DNA of 64,000 bases from Callorhinchus milii (taxonomy: Eukaryota). Where the stretch lies: assembly GCF_018977255.1 (NCBI RefSeq), contig NW_024704743.1:40736001-40800000 (forward strand), written 5' to 3'. Numbering within the stretch: the stretch's first letter is position 1; the number at the start of each line of letters is the position of its first letter. A program made the translations under genes and the position numbers. Positions 1-11,140 of the stretch are shown here, in pieces. The notes under the pieces were generated by a model. It did no database searches. It was not told the origin of the DNA and saw nothing but the letters and a program-made list of their open reading frames with translations.

Positions 1-89
1 TTTATGCTCACCTCACCTTCCTTAATTCCTTCAATCACCATGGAAACACTTAACATATATCACAAATGTTAATGTAGACTGTTTGAATA

Positions 90-915
90 AAAAGGGGCTT
101 CTGTTTTAAATCTATCACTACTCTGCAATAATATTTTAGCTTGGAAATATTGGCCATTCTTACTTGCAAAAAAGAATCTGCGTGGCACTTTTGGTGCAAA
201 CAGTTGAGTTATAGAGGAATTAATAAACATGTAAAATATTGATATACTGTGCAAATAAATATCACTGCAGCAATACAACATCAAATTAAAGTTTTATATT
301 AAAAATCCATTATTGCTGTGGAATGATCTGTTATTTGGTCTCACGGGTATGACCTTGCTACAGTTTTTTTCAAAACTCGATCCACAGTGCGGTATTCTCC
401 CTCCTAAATATCTGAAAGCTTCATGCAGCTGCTAAAGGAAACCACATCTGGCCATATGGGACACTTTAAATTTATTTACCAGAGATCAGGTTCATATTTT
501 TAAAGAGTTTATAAGATGGAGATCCGGGATTTTTTTTGCAGACTATTCTATCACTTGCTTCATTATAATTGCTGATCTGTTGAATCAGGCCTGCCCTGTA
601 TCCTTGCCAGATCCTCCCCGTATCCTGACTTGCACACAACATTGATTTTGACATCAATCTGAATTCTCAAAGACATCTATAGCTGTTGTAGGTCAGGCTA
701 AGTGATAATGGTAGTTTTTTTTAATACTATTAAGCAATTGCAACTGCCATTAACTATAGTTAAAGAAGAATTATTTGCTTTTAAAAATAAATGAAGCGAT
801 CAAAAATTCATAATATAATTTTCCAGTGAATAACATGGTGCATGTTGCCTAAGCTGTGAATTCAGCACTACCATCGCACAGATGACCATCATTTAGGTAT
901 GAGAACCAGAACAAT
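90..915 (-). pseudogene. Decayed reverse transcriptase of an LTR retroelement (Gypsy- or loki/spuma-like); probably continues past the window start
   Basis: Minus-strand translation across frameshifts gives RT motifs in the correct order: VLIPK.DG.SVR (~900-875), TAID (~685), RIWQGY (LPQG-like, ~614-598), ASDRIV (YxDD position), HLINSLKI..NKFKVS..RCGF, FRYLGGRI..G (~413-393), MLYCC..I, QLFAPKVP..F..QYFQAKILL. Confidence 0.6.
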
Positions 916-929
916 TCTGAACTGTAACC

Positions 930-1160
930 CTTAGAGTACAGATTATTATAGGAAACAACAACTTGCATTATATATCGCCCATCACATAGGATTGGTCTCA
1001 GCGCTTTGCACAGAGTTGGGGATGTATGTTGAACATGTGGGAAGGGGAGGGTTAGGTGAGAATAGACACAATCCAAGAGGTAAGTCTTAAAGAGATTTAA
1101 TAATTGATAAAGAGGCGGTGAGGCGGAAGGATTGAGGCAGGGGGTTACAGAGGTTAGGGG
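930..1160 (-). mobile_element. Old L2 LINE 3' fragment
   Basis: L2-type tail (aacaacaacttgcattatatatcgcc...agcgcttt) followed by G-rich 3' sequence. Confidence 0.6.
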
Positions 1161-1239
1161 ACTTTTATATCTAGCATGAAATTTATTTTTTTATAAACTT
1201 TATCTATGTTCATTCTGTTGTCATTCTTTCCTTGTTACT

Positions 1240-1600
1240 CCCAGTCACAGAATGGATTGCTTTCAAAATCTTCAGACTCACCTACAAATCAATTTGTCCC
1301 TATCTCTCCAAACTATTCATACTCCACTCCATTCATATCCCTCCACTCCACCATCAGCAGCCATGCCTTCAGCCATTATGTCCCGAACCTCTGGAATTCC
1401 CAGCCTCAGTCCTTCCACCTTGTCCTCTCCTTACCCATCTTCAAATCAAACCTGAAAATTTTCCTCTTTGATCGCTCTTTTGGTCACTTGCCCTTTCTCC
1501 CCAGCTCAATGTCAAGTATTGATGTTTTTCAGCACTCTGAGATGCCATTGCACGTACATGGCACTACATGAATGCAAGTTGTCATTGATGTTGTTCTTCT
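1240..1600 (+). mobile_element. Old L2 LINE 3' fragment
   Basis: Translates FKIFRLTYKS...LWNS..FKSNLKIFLF, the L2 ORF2 C-terminus. Confidence 0.75.
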
Positions 1601-1949
1601 ATCTCTTCTTCCCTCATCTCTCTCAGTCTGTTTTGGAATTGGAAAAGCATTAAAATAATTGCATGAGAATTAAGGGATTAGATAGATATTTGAAGAAAAA
1701 CATAATGAAAGCGTTCAGAGAGGGAAACCAGGATTCACAGAGAGTATTTTGCCTCTATATTCCTGTTTCAAATATTTCCCTTTATCACATTCATTAGTGC
1801 AAGATTTTACAAATGTTATTTATTTTTTCTAGGAGAGGAACAGATGCAGTTTGTGCAAATGTAGCAAGGAGTGGGGAGACTGAAATCAGAACATCAGGTG
1901 GCAGTTAAAAGGTCTGAAAAAGCAAAGATCTTACAGCTGAATAGACAAA

Positions 1950-2480
1950 AGAAAAACTGCATTAATTTGGATTTCTTCATCAGGCATAAATTTGTGCACA
2001 AGCTTCATGTAGCTTAGCAGTCTATGTTGCATGAATAATTGCACAATTAGCCAAGGTTGATGGACCATCACCTCCATAGTCAATCAAGGTATTTCACAGC
2101 ACAAACAGATATGGTGCTTCCCTTTTTTGGGTGAAATCATTCTTTGTCGTGGATTCTAAAACCTTGTATTTTAAAAGTCTGTGTTTTTGTCGTTGTTAAG
2201 TTTGGTTTATGCTCTCATAAATTTGGTTTATGCAAAGAAAAAAAGCCTCTGAGGTGCAATCATTTAAGTGCAACAAACAGCTGTTCAGAAATTAAAAGCT
2301 TTGTTCCACTTGCAAGGTTGGTTATAACAATATTGACAAAAGTAGTTGAATCTGATACAGGAGAGATCATCTCTTGGGTGAAATCATTGTGGGACAAATT
2401 GCACTTTGTTTCAACCACTTCCTCAACTGATGAAAAATCTGTTTTGATAAGAATAACTGCAGGTGATTCTACATTTATCT
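1950..2480 (-). pseudogene. Decayed aspartic protease region of the same LTR retroelement
   Basis: ORF 2260..2502 contains NLASGTKLLISEQLFVALK, resembling the LxDSG..LISxxLF active-site region. It is followed by FKIQGF and MVHQPWLIV..LL..LVHKFMP, and lies upstream of the RT relic on the same strand. Confidence 0.5.
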
Positions 2481-2841
2481 GTAAGAGAAAATATGTGTGC
2501 AAACATTGAAGAGTTAAGACTGCAGGAAAGCAAATATTTACATAATGATTTGACTAAGTGTGTCTAATTAATGGTAGATGGACTATCAAGTAGGTTACCC
2601 AGCAAAATTTTAATTCAGGGTCACCAGGGCAACAGGCTCTGGTAAACATCTCACATATATTGTATGTGAAATCTTTGTATGATTGAGATTGCCTTGGTCA
2701 GTATGTATCGAATATGGGATAGGCAGGAAATGGATTATTTGAGGGTAAAAGTGGTGAAAACATACTTAAACAATAATGGAATTGCAGGAGACACTGGAGC
2801 AAGATTAATATCCTTATAAAAGATTCAAGCAGAAAGATATA

Positions 2842-4059
2842 GGCAGAACTTCAGTTGAGTTGGAATCTCGTCACTGACTGGGGCATTAATAGGAACATGA
2901 ACTCCAAGCTATGAGTTAAGATCGCTTATGATAACACATGAAATGTCACTCCTCCAACATATTTTACTGCTATTTCTGAATTTAACACATACAGCAATAA
3001 AAACAAGAAGATTCCATTTATAGAACGCCTTTCACGTTGGGAGGACGTCCCAAGGCACTGTACAGTTGGGTCAGGACCCGAGCAGGGGGGAAAATGGTCA
3101 GGGGGAGGGAAGGGAGGGAGCAAGGACGGGGGCAATGGTCAGTGTGAGGGGAGGGAAGGGAGGGGGCAAGGAGAGGGTAGAGAGTTGAGAGGGGAGCTGA
3201 AGGCACGGTCAAAGAGAAAGGTCTTGAGACCGGACTTGAAGGAGGAAAGGGAGGAAGTAAGGCGAAGGCACTGGGAGATAGAGTTCCAGAGCCACGGGGC
3301 TGAGAGGCTGAAGGCCCGGCCACCGATAGTAGGCAGTTGGGGCGGGGGATGTGGAACAGACCGGAGTCAGAGGAACGGAGGGCACGGGCAGTAGGTAGGG
3401 GGATAGTAGGTCAGAGAGGTAGGAGGGAGCAAGGCCGTGAATGGCCTTGTAGGCGCGGATGAGGATCTTGAATTCGATCCTCTGGGGGATGGGAAGCCAG
3501 ACAGTACACGAGCTGCAGAGTTCTGAATGACTTGCAGCAAAATCATATACATAAATCAATGGGATTAAACAGCTGTATTCATTCGTGTTACAAAAAATGA
3601 AATGCTGTAAAGAAAGATTTGATAATTCTAGCACTGAATTATATTTGAAGTGTAGCTGAAAGGTATATACAAGAAAGCAACTGGATAAAAAGTTTTGGTA
3701 TTCCTAATCTTGTTCCATTACTTACTTAAAGAATGCTTCAGGAACACAAGGGGGTGGAAACACTCTCCAATGAAATGCTTGGCTCCATTCAGGGTGGTTG
3801 TGCCTCAATTTTGTTTACCCTGATCCTTAAATTTAACTTTTTTGGCTAAGAAGAGTTCAGATGTTGAACCTGGGAATGCAATATTAAACTAAAATGTACA
3901 CATAGAGCCCTATTAGGCACCCCAAAAAAATATTTTATAACTAAATAATTAGGGTTTGATGTTATCATATCATAAGCGATCTTAACTCGTAGCTTGGCGT
4001 TCATGCTCCTATTAATGCCCCAGTCAGTAATGAGATTCCAACTCAACTGAAGTTCTGCC
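2842..4059. mobile_element. Non-autonomous DNA transposon with ~90-bp terminal inverted repeats, interrupted by a young L2
   Basis: 2842-2932 (ggcagaacttcagttgagttggaatctc...aagatcgcttatgata) is close to the reverse complement of ~3969-4059. Confidence 0.7.
2995..3535 (-). mobile_element. Young L2 LINE 3' end
   Basis: Translates WLPIPQRIEFKILIRAYKAIHGLAPSYLSDLL; 3' tail shared with 17847-18395 and 63551-63737. Confidence 0.92.
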
Positions 4060-4559
4060 ATCAAAATTAGGAGATTTGATGCTCTACGCCCAAAGTGTCC
4101 AGTTCCATTACAGTTCAGTCGTCCCAGGCAGATAAATCCTGGAAAAGCAAAATTAAAGGCAAAAACAAAACGAACAGCAAGATGTATTGTTAGAATTTAT
4201 AAGATTACTCACCAAAACGCTTTGTGAGTTCAAGTCCCGATTTGAGATTTTTTGAACCCACAACTTTCTGATTCAGAGGTAAGAGTACTACCAACTGAGC
4301 CAGTAATTGAATTTGAAGGAGATACATGGAATAAGGCATCATGTTTTACTACTAATGTCTAAAAATAGGTATCTTTTCAGCCTCTTAGACATGGTCAGTG
4401 AAATTAGAAATCTGAGCAATAGCTCAGTTTTCAAGTTATTCATTTGTGCAAATAACAATGGTATCTTCAGATGACAATACTAATAATAAAGGCTCAATGA
4501 TAACTATTACAACTACCACCTTGAAAACCACCGCAGAGAGTGGTTCTTTGTCACAAGAG

Positions 4560-4815
4560 CTCTCAGCAAGCCAGATGGCCAATCTACTGGCAGAATGCAA
4601 TGAGAGTTGAACTGTGGATGGCAGAGAAATATTTGGAATATCTCTTATCTCGTCATTCAAACTCTGAATCAAGGCTCCATCTGGAAATCGTTGCTGAAAA
4701 ATAACTTGCCACTTCTCTACTTTCATTCTGGCCTGATTGTTGACAGGTAAAGACCAAATGTAAAGACTCTGTCAGAGGATTACCATCATTCATTTTAATC
4801 CTTACTTTAGCTGCC
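4560..4815 (-). pseudogene. Decayed gag (capsid C-terminal/MHR-like) of the same LTR retroelement
   Basis: QLK*GLK..GNP..SLHLVFTCQQSGQNESRE..YF, then ALIQSLNDEIR..SASRLAIW. This fits the Q-x3-E-S pattern of retrotransposon gag and is colinear with the PR and RT relics. Confidence 0.4.
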
Positions 4816-4886
4816 TTCTCGATTTTGATCCATGGCTGATACTGCCATCTACAGTCTATTCAGATGATTCAATGTTGTGAGCTTGT

Positions 4887-5100
4887 GGGGGGAGAAATTC
4901 CACCTGGGTGAGATTTACTCCATTTATGCAGCATTTTAGACCATCCAGAATTTGGAAAGTTGTTAAAATCAAACTTAACTTTGAAGTGCATTTTCCATAT
5001 TCATTAAAATGACTTACAAAAAATGGCTGCAACATGAATGCTATATTGAAGAATCTGCCAAATTTGTAATGCTCTAAAATTACACATAAATTGAGTAAAT
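4887..5100. mobile_element. Hairpin MITE copy (GGGGGAGAAATT terminus), right end disrupted
   Basis: Similar to 57141-57315 and 58960-59193 (cagcattttagaccatccagaatttgg). Confidence 0.6.
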
Positions 5101-5117
5101 AATAATAATTCTTCATA

Positions 5118-5290
5118 TGAGATGTTAAACTGAGCTCTAGTCTACCTGTTCAGGTGGATGTTAAACATCTCCTGCCACTATTTGAAAAGAGAAGGGAGTT
5201 TCTCCTGGTGTACTGGCCAACAATCCCCCAATAAAACTGATCACTGACTTCATGGCTGTTTGTGGGACACAGTCGTGCCATTTTGCAGTA
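5118..5290 (+). mobile_element. Deu-domain SINE fragment (SacSINE1/AmnSINE-like)
   Basis: tgagatgttaaactgag...caggtggatgttaaacatc...gggagtttctcctggtgtactggccaa matches the Deu-domain core. Confidence 0.7.
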
Positions 5291-5299
5291 AATCTACCA

Positions 5300-5950
5300 C
5301 AACAACTTGCATGGGGTAATATCTCAGAGTACTTAATCGTGACAGAGCTTGATGCAGAGCCGGGGAGAGGGTGGGAGGTATGACTGAAAAGGTAGGTCTT
5401 CAGGTATGATCTGAAGATGGGCAAGGAGGAGACAAAGCGAAGGGATTGAAACCAGACAGTTCCACAATTTCTAGGAGTAATGGCTGTAAACACAGCACCC
5501 ATGGTAGAGCGGAGAGGATGAGGGACTTTCAGATAACTGGAGCCAGCTGAGCACAGATGGTCGGTAGTGGAGTGGGTGTAAGCAGGTTGGAGAGGTAGGG
5601 AGGTGCCAGGGCTTGAAGTGATTTGTATCTGAGTGTGAGGATGTTCAAATCAATCTTTTCTGCAATATGAAACCAGTGAAACCTGGCAAGGACTGCTGTG
5701 ATGGGTGTATGGAGTTCAGTGCAGGTGAGTTATGGGTGTAGGAGTTTTGAATTAGTTCGATTTTATGGATGGTGGAGCTGGGAAGGATGGTGAGGAGCGT
5801 ATTTGAGAAATCGAGGCGGGAAGCTACAAATATGTGGATAAAGGTTTTGTCTGTTTTTGGTGTGGGGTATGAATGGAGGCAGGCAATGTGCCTGAGGTGA
5901 AGGAAAATGGTCCTGGTGAGGGATTGGATGTGGGGTCCCATGACCAAATT
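5300..5950 (-). mobile_element. Old L2 LINE ORF2 3' part
   Basis: ORF 5645..5947: HLRHIACL...SRLDFSNTLL...ELIQNS. Confidence 0.85.
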
Positions 5951-6099
5951 GTTTGCGATGTTTTCCTACAACTACACAACCACTACACTATATAGCAAGG
6001 TGGTTCAGCCTTTTGGGTGCTGAGGACCGATTGCCTTATTTGAGAAATGTCTATGGGCTGCATAAGCAATATTTTTGTATTGTGATTTTATGTTACCCT

Positions 6100-6435
6100 C
6101 CCAAAAACATAACATTTGCACACCGCCTTTTTCACGTTGGAAGCATGACTCAAGGTGCTCAACACTACCATCTGGGCACCTGAGCTGTGGGTGGAAGCTG
6201 AGGGAGGTGGGATGGGGAGGGATAAAGATGACCAAATGTATTGTCAAAGAAATAATCTTGACATGCCTTGAAAGAGGAGAGGGAGGGAACGAGTCCGAGG
6301 GTCTCCGGGAATGGAACTCCAGAGATTGGGTGCAGATGAGGTGGGTGTTGGGGTGGGGGTTGGGACATGAAGTAAGCTGGTGTCTGCTGGGCAAAAAATC
6401 CGTCTGGGTTAGGAGATCACAGAGGTAGGGTAGAG
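6100..6435 (-). mobile_element. L2 LINE 3' fragment
   Basis: SLSSFKACQDYFFD plus an L2 tail. Confidence 0.75.
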
Positions 6436-6588
6436 AGGAAGGATGAAATACATAGAGACGTTCTCACTGGGGAAAGAGGGAGTGTGCTGTGAGGAAGCTG
6501 CATGGAACATCACTTGGTGTCTATCCTCAGTTCCCCACGCAGCGGCCGACGAACCTCCCAATTTTATGTCCTCACAGCAAACCATGAT

Positions 6589-7707
6589 ACATAGGAACAT
6601 AGGAACATAAGAATTAGGAGAAGGAGTAGGCCATTCAGCCCCTCGAGCCTGCCCCGCCATTCAATAAGATCATGGCTGATCTTCCACCCTAACTCCATCT
6701 GCTTGTCTTATCCCCATATCCCTTAAACTCTCTATCCTTGAGAAACCTATCAATCTCAGTCTTGAATATGTTCAAGGACTGAGCATCTACAGTCTTCTGG
6801 GAATTCCATAAATTCACTACCCTCTGAGTGAAGAAGAGTTTCTTCAACTCTGTTCAAAAAGGCTCACCCCTAATCTTAAGGCTATGACCCCTAGTTATAG
6901 ATTCTCCTACCAGGGGAAACAGTCTTACACTGTCTACCCTGTCAAGCCCCATAAGAATCTTATAGGTTTCTATAAGATCACCCCTAATTCTTCTATATTC
7001 TAGAAAATGTAGGCCTAGTCTACTCAACTTATCCTCATAGGTCAATCCCCTCATCCCAGGAACTAACCTAGTGAATCTACGCTGCACCCCCTCTAAGGCA
7101 AATGTGCTTTCTTAAATAAGGAGACCAAAACTGCGCACACCTTCTAGGTGCAGTCTCACCAAGGCCCTGTAGAGTTGCAGCAAGACTTCCCTACTCTTGT
7201 ATTCTAACCCTTTTGCAATGAAAGCCAACATGCTTGCTAGTTGCTTGCTGGACCTGCATACTAACATTTGTGACCTGTGTAACATAATAAATAATCTTTG
7301 CATTTGATATAGCGCTTTTCACGTCTTCCAAACGTCTCAAAGCGCTTCACAGAATAGATTGTAAAGTGAATTGACTGTATATTTGAGGGCGAAATGAGGC
7401 AGCCAACTGCGCACAGCAGTGTCCCACAAACAGTAGTAGTTTGAAGTGACCAATTTATTATTGTTTTATTTTCTTGAGAGATTATCATTAGACATGTGGT
7501 GTAAGGATACTTGCCCAAGGTTTCACTCTGCTGAGAATCGAACCCAGGTCTCTCGTTTGCAAAGCGTGTACTCTAAAACTGAGCTACAAGACTCCATGGA
7601 CACAGGACTCTGTGTACAAGGACACCCAAATCCCTCTGAACACTAACACTATCTAGTCTCTCCCCCTCTAGAAAATAGTCTGTTTTTCTCTTTTTAATAC
7701 CTAAATG
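6589..7707 (-). mobile_element. CR1 LINE 3' part, interrupted by a SINE at 7282-7610
   Basis: QRRFTRLVPGMRGLTYEDKL...RGDLIETYKIL and LQLYRALVR; CR1 octamer tail (cataggaa)n at ~6590-6612. The CR1 resumes at 7611. Confidence 0.92.
7284..7595 (-). mobile_element. tRNA-Ala-derived SINE with L2-type tail, inserted in CR1 with apparent TSD CTGTGTA
   Basis: Similar to the full copies; ctgtgta at 7275-7281 and 7610-7616. Confidence 0.88.
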
Positions 7708-7719
7708 CTGCTCTCAGTC

Positions 7720-7900
7720 CCCTCTCCCCCATCTCTCTCTCTCTCTTTCTCTCTCTCTCTCGCTCTCTCCCTTCCTCTCTCTCTCTTTTCTCTCTCCCCC
7801 TCTCCTCCTCTCTCTCAATCTCTCTCTCAATGTCAATCAATCACTTTCTTTCTCCCCCAATCTCCCACACTCCCGCACACCCTCTCTCACACTCTTTCTC
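7720..7900. repeat. Degenerate (CT)n microsatellite
   Basis: Visible ctctctct tract. Confidence 0.9.
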
Positions 7901-8085
7901 ATTTGAACCACCTTGTTTTATAGTACATCTTGCCAAGCACATTGAGATGTCCACCTGATGTGAAAGACACAGTATAAAATCTAAGTATTCTTATTATTCT
8001 TATTACTAAATTATTTGCACAATCAGAAAATGGCAATCATTTTCTCCGGAGGTCGACAGGAGAAATAATTTTCATTTTCTGTTTG

Positions 8086-8679
8086 TGCATTTAATTGTGT
8101 TTGCTGGTGCCTAGTATGTCCTTGAAAAACAAGCTCTATTGCTGCATGTTGAAGTTATGATCATATCTCAGAACAGTTGTCTGATTCACCCACTGAGTCT
8201 CCCCCTTTGAGACTGCTTTATGGTCAATAGACTGAAACTGTCTTCAGTATCTGATCAAAAAAACCTTCAGAAACTAACAAAGCAGCCAGATCTGGTGTGG
8301 TTTAACCCTTTATTGATCTGAGACGTATCAAGGACTTGAAAAGACACAAATAGATATGCTGAACTAAGTTAATTTAATAGAACAGAAATAGAAAGTTCTA
8401 AATACCATTACCTATATGATATGACAGTTTTTAACTGTGTTCAATCTTAATGATTAGGATCAAAGAGTTAATTTTGTTTCATCTGATTTCTATGACTCCG
8501 TCTATGAATAATTTGTTTCAGTTGGGAATGAGGGATGTTTGCTTTTGGTTATTTGTCTTGGGTTGGTTTCTGCATTTAATTGTGTCTGCTGATGCCTAGT
8601 ACGTCCTTGAAAAATAAGCTCTATTGCTGCATGTTGAAGCTATCGTCATACTTCAGAACAGTTGTCTGATTCATCCACT
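8086..8679. repeat. 109-bp direct duplication (8086-8194 and 8571-8679)
   Basis: tgcatttaattgtgt..gcctagta..tccttgaaaaa..aagctctattgctgcatgttgaag..cagaacagttgtctgattca.ccact appears in both. Confidence 0.9.
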
Positions 8680-9124
8680 TTAATGGGACTGAAATACTGG
8701 ACCCAAATGGAATGTTTTCAGTCACAGCATCTTTCTGAAGTTCATAAGAACAACCTAAATGTCAGCACTTACAATCACCTTGCGTGAGCCTACAGAGCTT
8801 CAGACAGTGCCATAATACACTAGCATACAGTGCCTTCACATTTGAGACTGTTAAGTCTATATAAACCATGATGTATAACTGTGGACTTGCTGGACTTTCA
8901 TGTAATTTAAAAGACAATACAGAACATGAGAGTGACAAAGCAGGTTGTATAGCCATATTTAAAATAGAGATTCTATTGCATCAATTTGAAAATGGGAGAA
9001 ATAATTGCTGGTATGTTGAGAAAAACAGAATAATATTATTTGATTGTCATTTTCATAAAATGTAACTATTGAAGGATGCTGCAACATTAAGTTAGAGGCA
9101 GTCCTATTCGTCAAGGTGGATAAA

Positions 9125-9459
9125 ATAATAATAATAATAATAATAATAATCCTTGCATTTGATATAGCGCTTTTCACGTCGGGAGGACGTCCCAAAGCGC
9201 TTCACAGAATTTGCTGTAAAGTGAGTTGACTGTATATTTGTGGGCGAACGCGGCAGCCAATTGCGCACAGCAATGTCCCACAAACAGTCATAGATTGAAA
9301 ATGACCGATTTATTATTGTTTTTGTTGTTTTTTTTTTGGAGGGATTATTATTAGGCGTGTGGAGTAAGGAAACTTGCCCAAGGTTTCGCCCTGCCTGGAA
9401 TTGAACTCAGGTCTCTCGCTTGCAAAGCGAGTGCTCTAACCACTGAGCTACAGGACTCC
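9125..9459 (-). mobile_element. Full-length young tRNA-Ala(TGC)-derived SINE, (TAT)n tail
   Basis: Head GGAGTCCTGTAGCTCAGTGGTTAGAGCACTCGCTTTGCAAGCGAG...GAGTTCAATTCC (A box, TGC anticodon arm, B box); 3' end similar to L2; near-identical to four other copies. Confidence 0.95.
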
Positions 9460-10279
9460 AAGAGCCTAAATTTCTGATATTAAAGAGCTTTATGCAATAT
9501 CTGTGCCCAAACTTCTAAAAAAAACTCAGAACCTTTAATCAATCTCAATGCTTATTCTTCCCATGTCTCTGCCTGTAGTAATTTGATAATTACTTGCAAA
9601 TTAAGTTGCATTGTGAAAGCACTCACTTTGACATTTGCCACAGCATATCAGAGCCACAGCATTTGCTTCCTGAATGTTAAAGATTGAATGAGGAAAATTT
9701 CTAGCATGCATTGATTTCCTTCCCATTTTGTCTCCAATATAGATTTGTAAACTGTCTTTATGAAACTAAAGCAGAATTTGCCTTCTCCAAATCAATTTCT
9801 GAGTTACTCATTCACTGATTTCCAAGCTACCTCTGAACATTTCTTCCAAGCAGGACGGAGACATAACCCACCACAAGATAAGCGGTTTGTGTTATTTATT
9901 GATGCCTAATCCCAGTAATGGTACCCTTCAGACATCTCTTCCTCAGCTCACAGGGCAAGAGAATTTAATTTTGTAACATTGGGAGTTCTGCTGAATAGAA
10001 TGAACTTCACATTATAACAATTATTATTGGTTTGTGAACTCTCACTTTGAGATTGATCACTCATATGAAATGAAATATTCTCATTATCTGAATGAGGGTT
10101 TCTTACAAGTCCTGAGCTCCAACCAGCGGAGATTGTGCCTTTATTTATGTCGATCCTGTAACAAGAAAACAAATAGTCAGCAAAAATACAGAGTTTGTAT
10201 CAATCAGTATCTTTTATAAGCCTCAGCTAGAATACATTTCTGAAAATATTTATTTGTTTGACACGCCATTGAGCTGGGT

Positions 10280-10660
10280 TGGAAGCCATTGGGGATGATT
10301 GGGAAGGGGAAAATGGCTAAAAACGCAGACAAAGAGGCACGCCTTAAAAGCAGAGAGGCAGCAAGCAAGTACCTGCAGAATGAGATTCCAAAGAGCGGGA
10401 CAGAATGGCTGAAAGCTCATCTGCCAATGGTGAGCGGCTAGGATGGGGACATGAAGCAGGCCAGTGCTTGCAGAGTTGGGAGCAGCTGGGTTGATGGGGA
10501 TGAAGGTGTCACAGGGATACGTGGGGACAGTCAATGGAAGGATTTGAAGGCAAGATGAGGATCTTGAATTCGATCTCCTGAGGGCTGGGGGTCCAATGGA
10601 GCTGCAGAAGGAAGGGGTGATAGGCTCACATAGCCTTATATGGAAGATGATACTGCCTGC
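10280..10660 (-). mobile_element. Old L2 fragment
   Basis: GLLHVP...ALWN...AFKACL. Confidence 0.7.
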
Positions 10661-11049
10661 AGAGTTTCACCCACAATATATAAGGTCAATTAACTTTACA
10701 GTATATTCTGTGAAGAGCTTTAAGATGTCTCAACAACATGATAAGGCGCCTTATCATACGCAAGGATTATTATTAGATAGTCTGCTGCCTGTATAAGGAA
10801 GAGCTAGAGAATTCAGGGAACAGGACATTACCATAGTCAAGCATGGATATGATGGGAACACTATTATGTTCCCAGTAACATTTTCTCCTGAAATTGTTTA
10901 ATACATACACTGATTGAATGTAATTTTTTTTCTTAATAGTACTGCCACAATATTATAGTTTGTATGTATAGGATAGAACATATGTTTTATCATTAGTCTG
11001 TGCTAGAAAAATATATTATACAATGAAATTTATTTAAAGTAAAATTAAA

Positions 11050-11140
11050 AAAAAGTCGCTGGAAACACTCAGAAGATCAGGCAGCATATACGGAGAGAGG
11101 AAAGTGAGTTAATGTTTTAGGTCGATGGTCTTTCTTCAAA
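11050..11140. mobile_element. Short chondrichthyan repeat, probably a Penelope-like element terminus
   Basis: gctggaaacactcag..gatcaggcagcat..ggagagag..gagttaatgtttt aggtcgatg resembles a common shark repeat; family assignment from memory. Confidence 0.45.

Noticed and set aside
2260..2480. Host exon or TLR/LRR pseudogene (NLSHNDF, LK.LHLRG) behind a good acceptor
   Set aside because: Better explained as the protease region colinear with the gag and RT relics; no LRR periodicity.
9948..10156. Minus-strand exon after acceptor ttcttgttacag
   Set aside because: No recognisable protein and no supportable partner exons.
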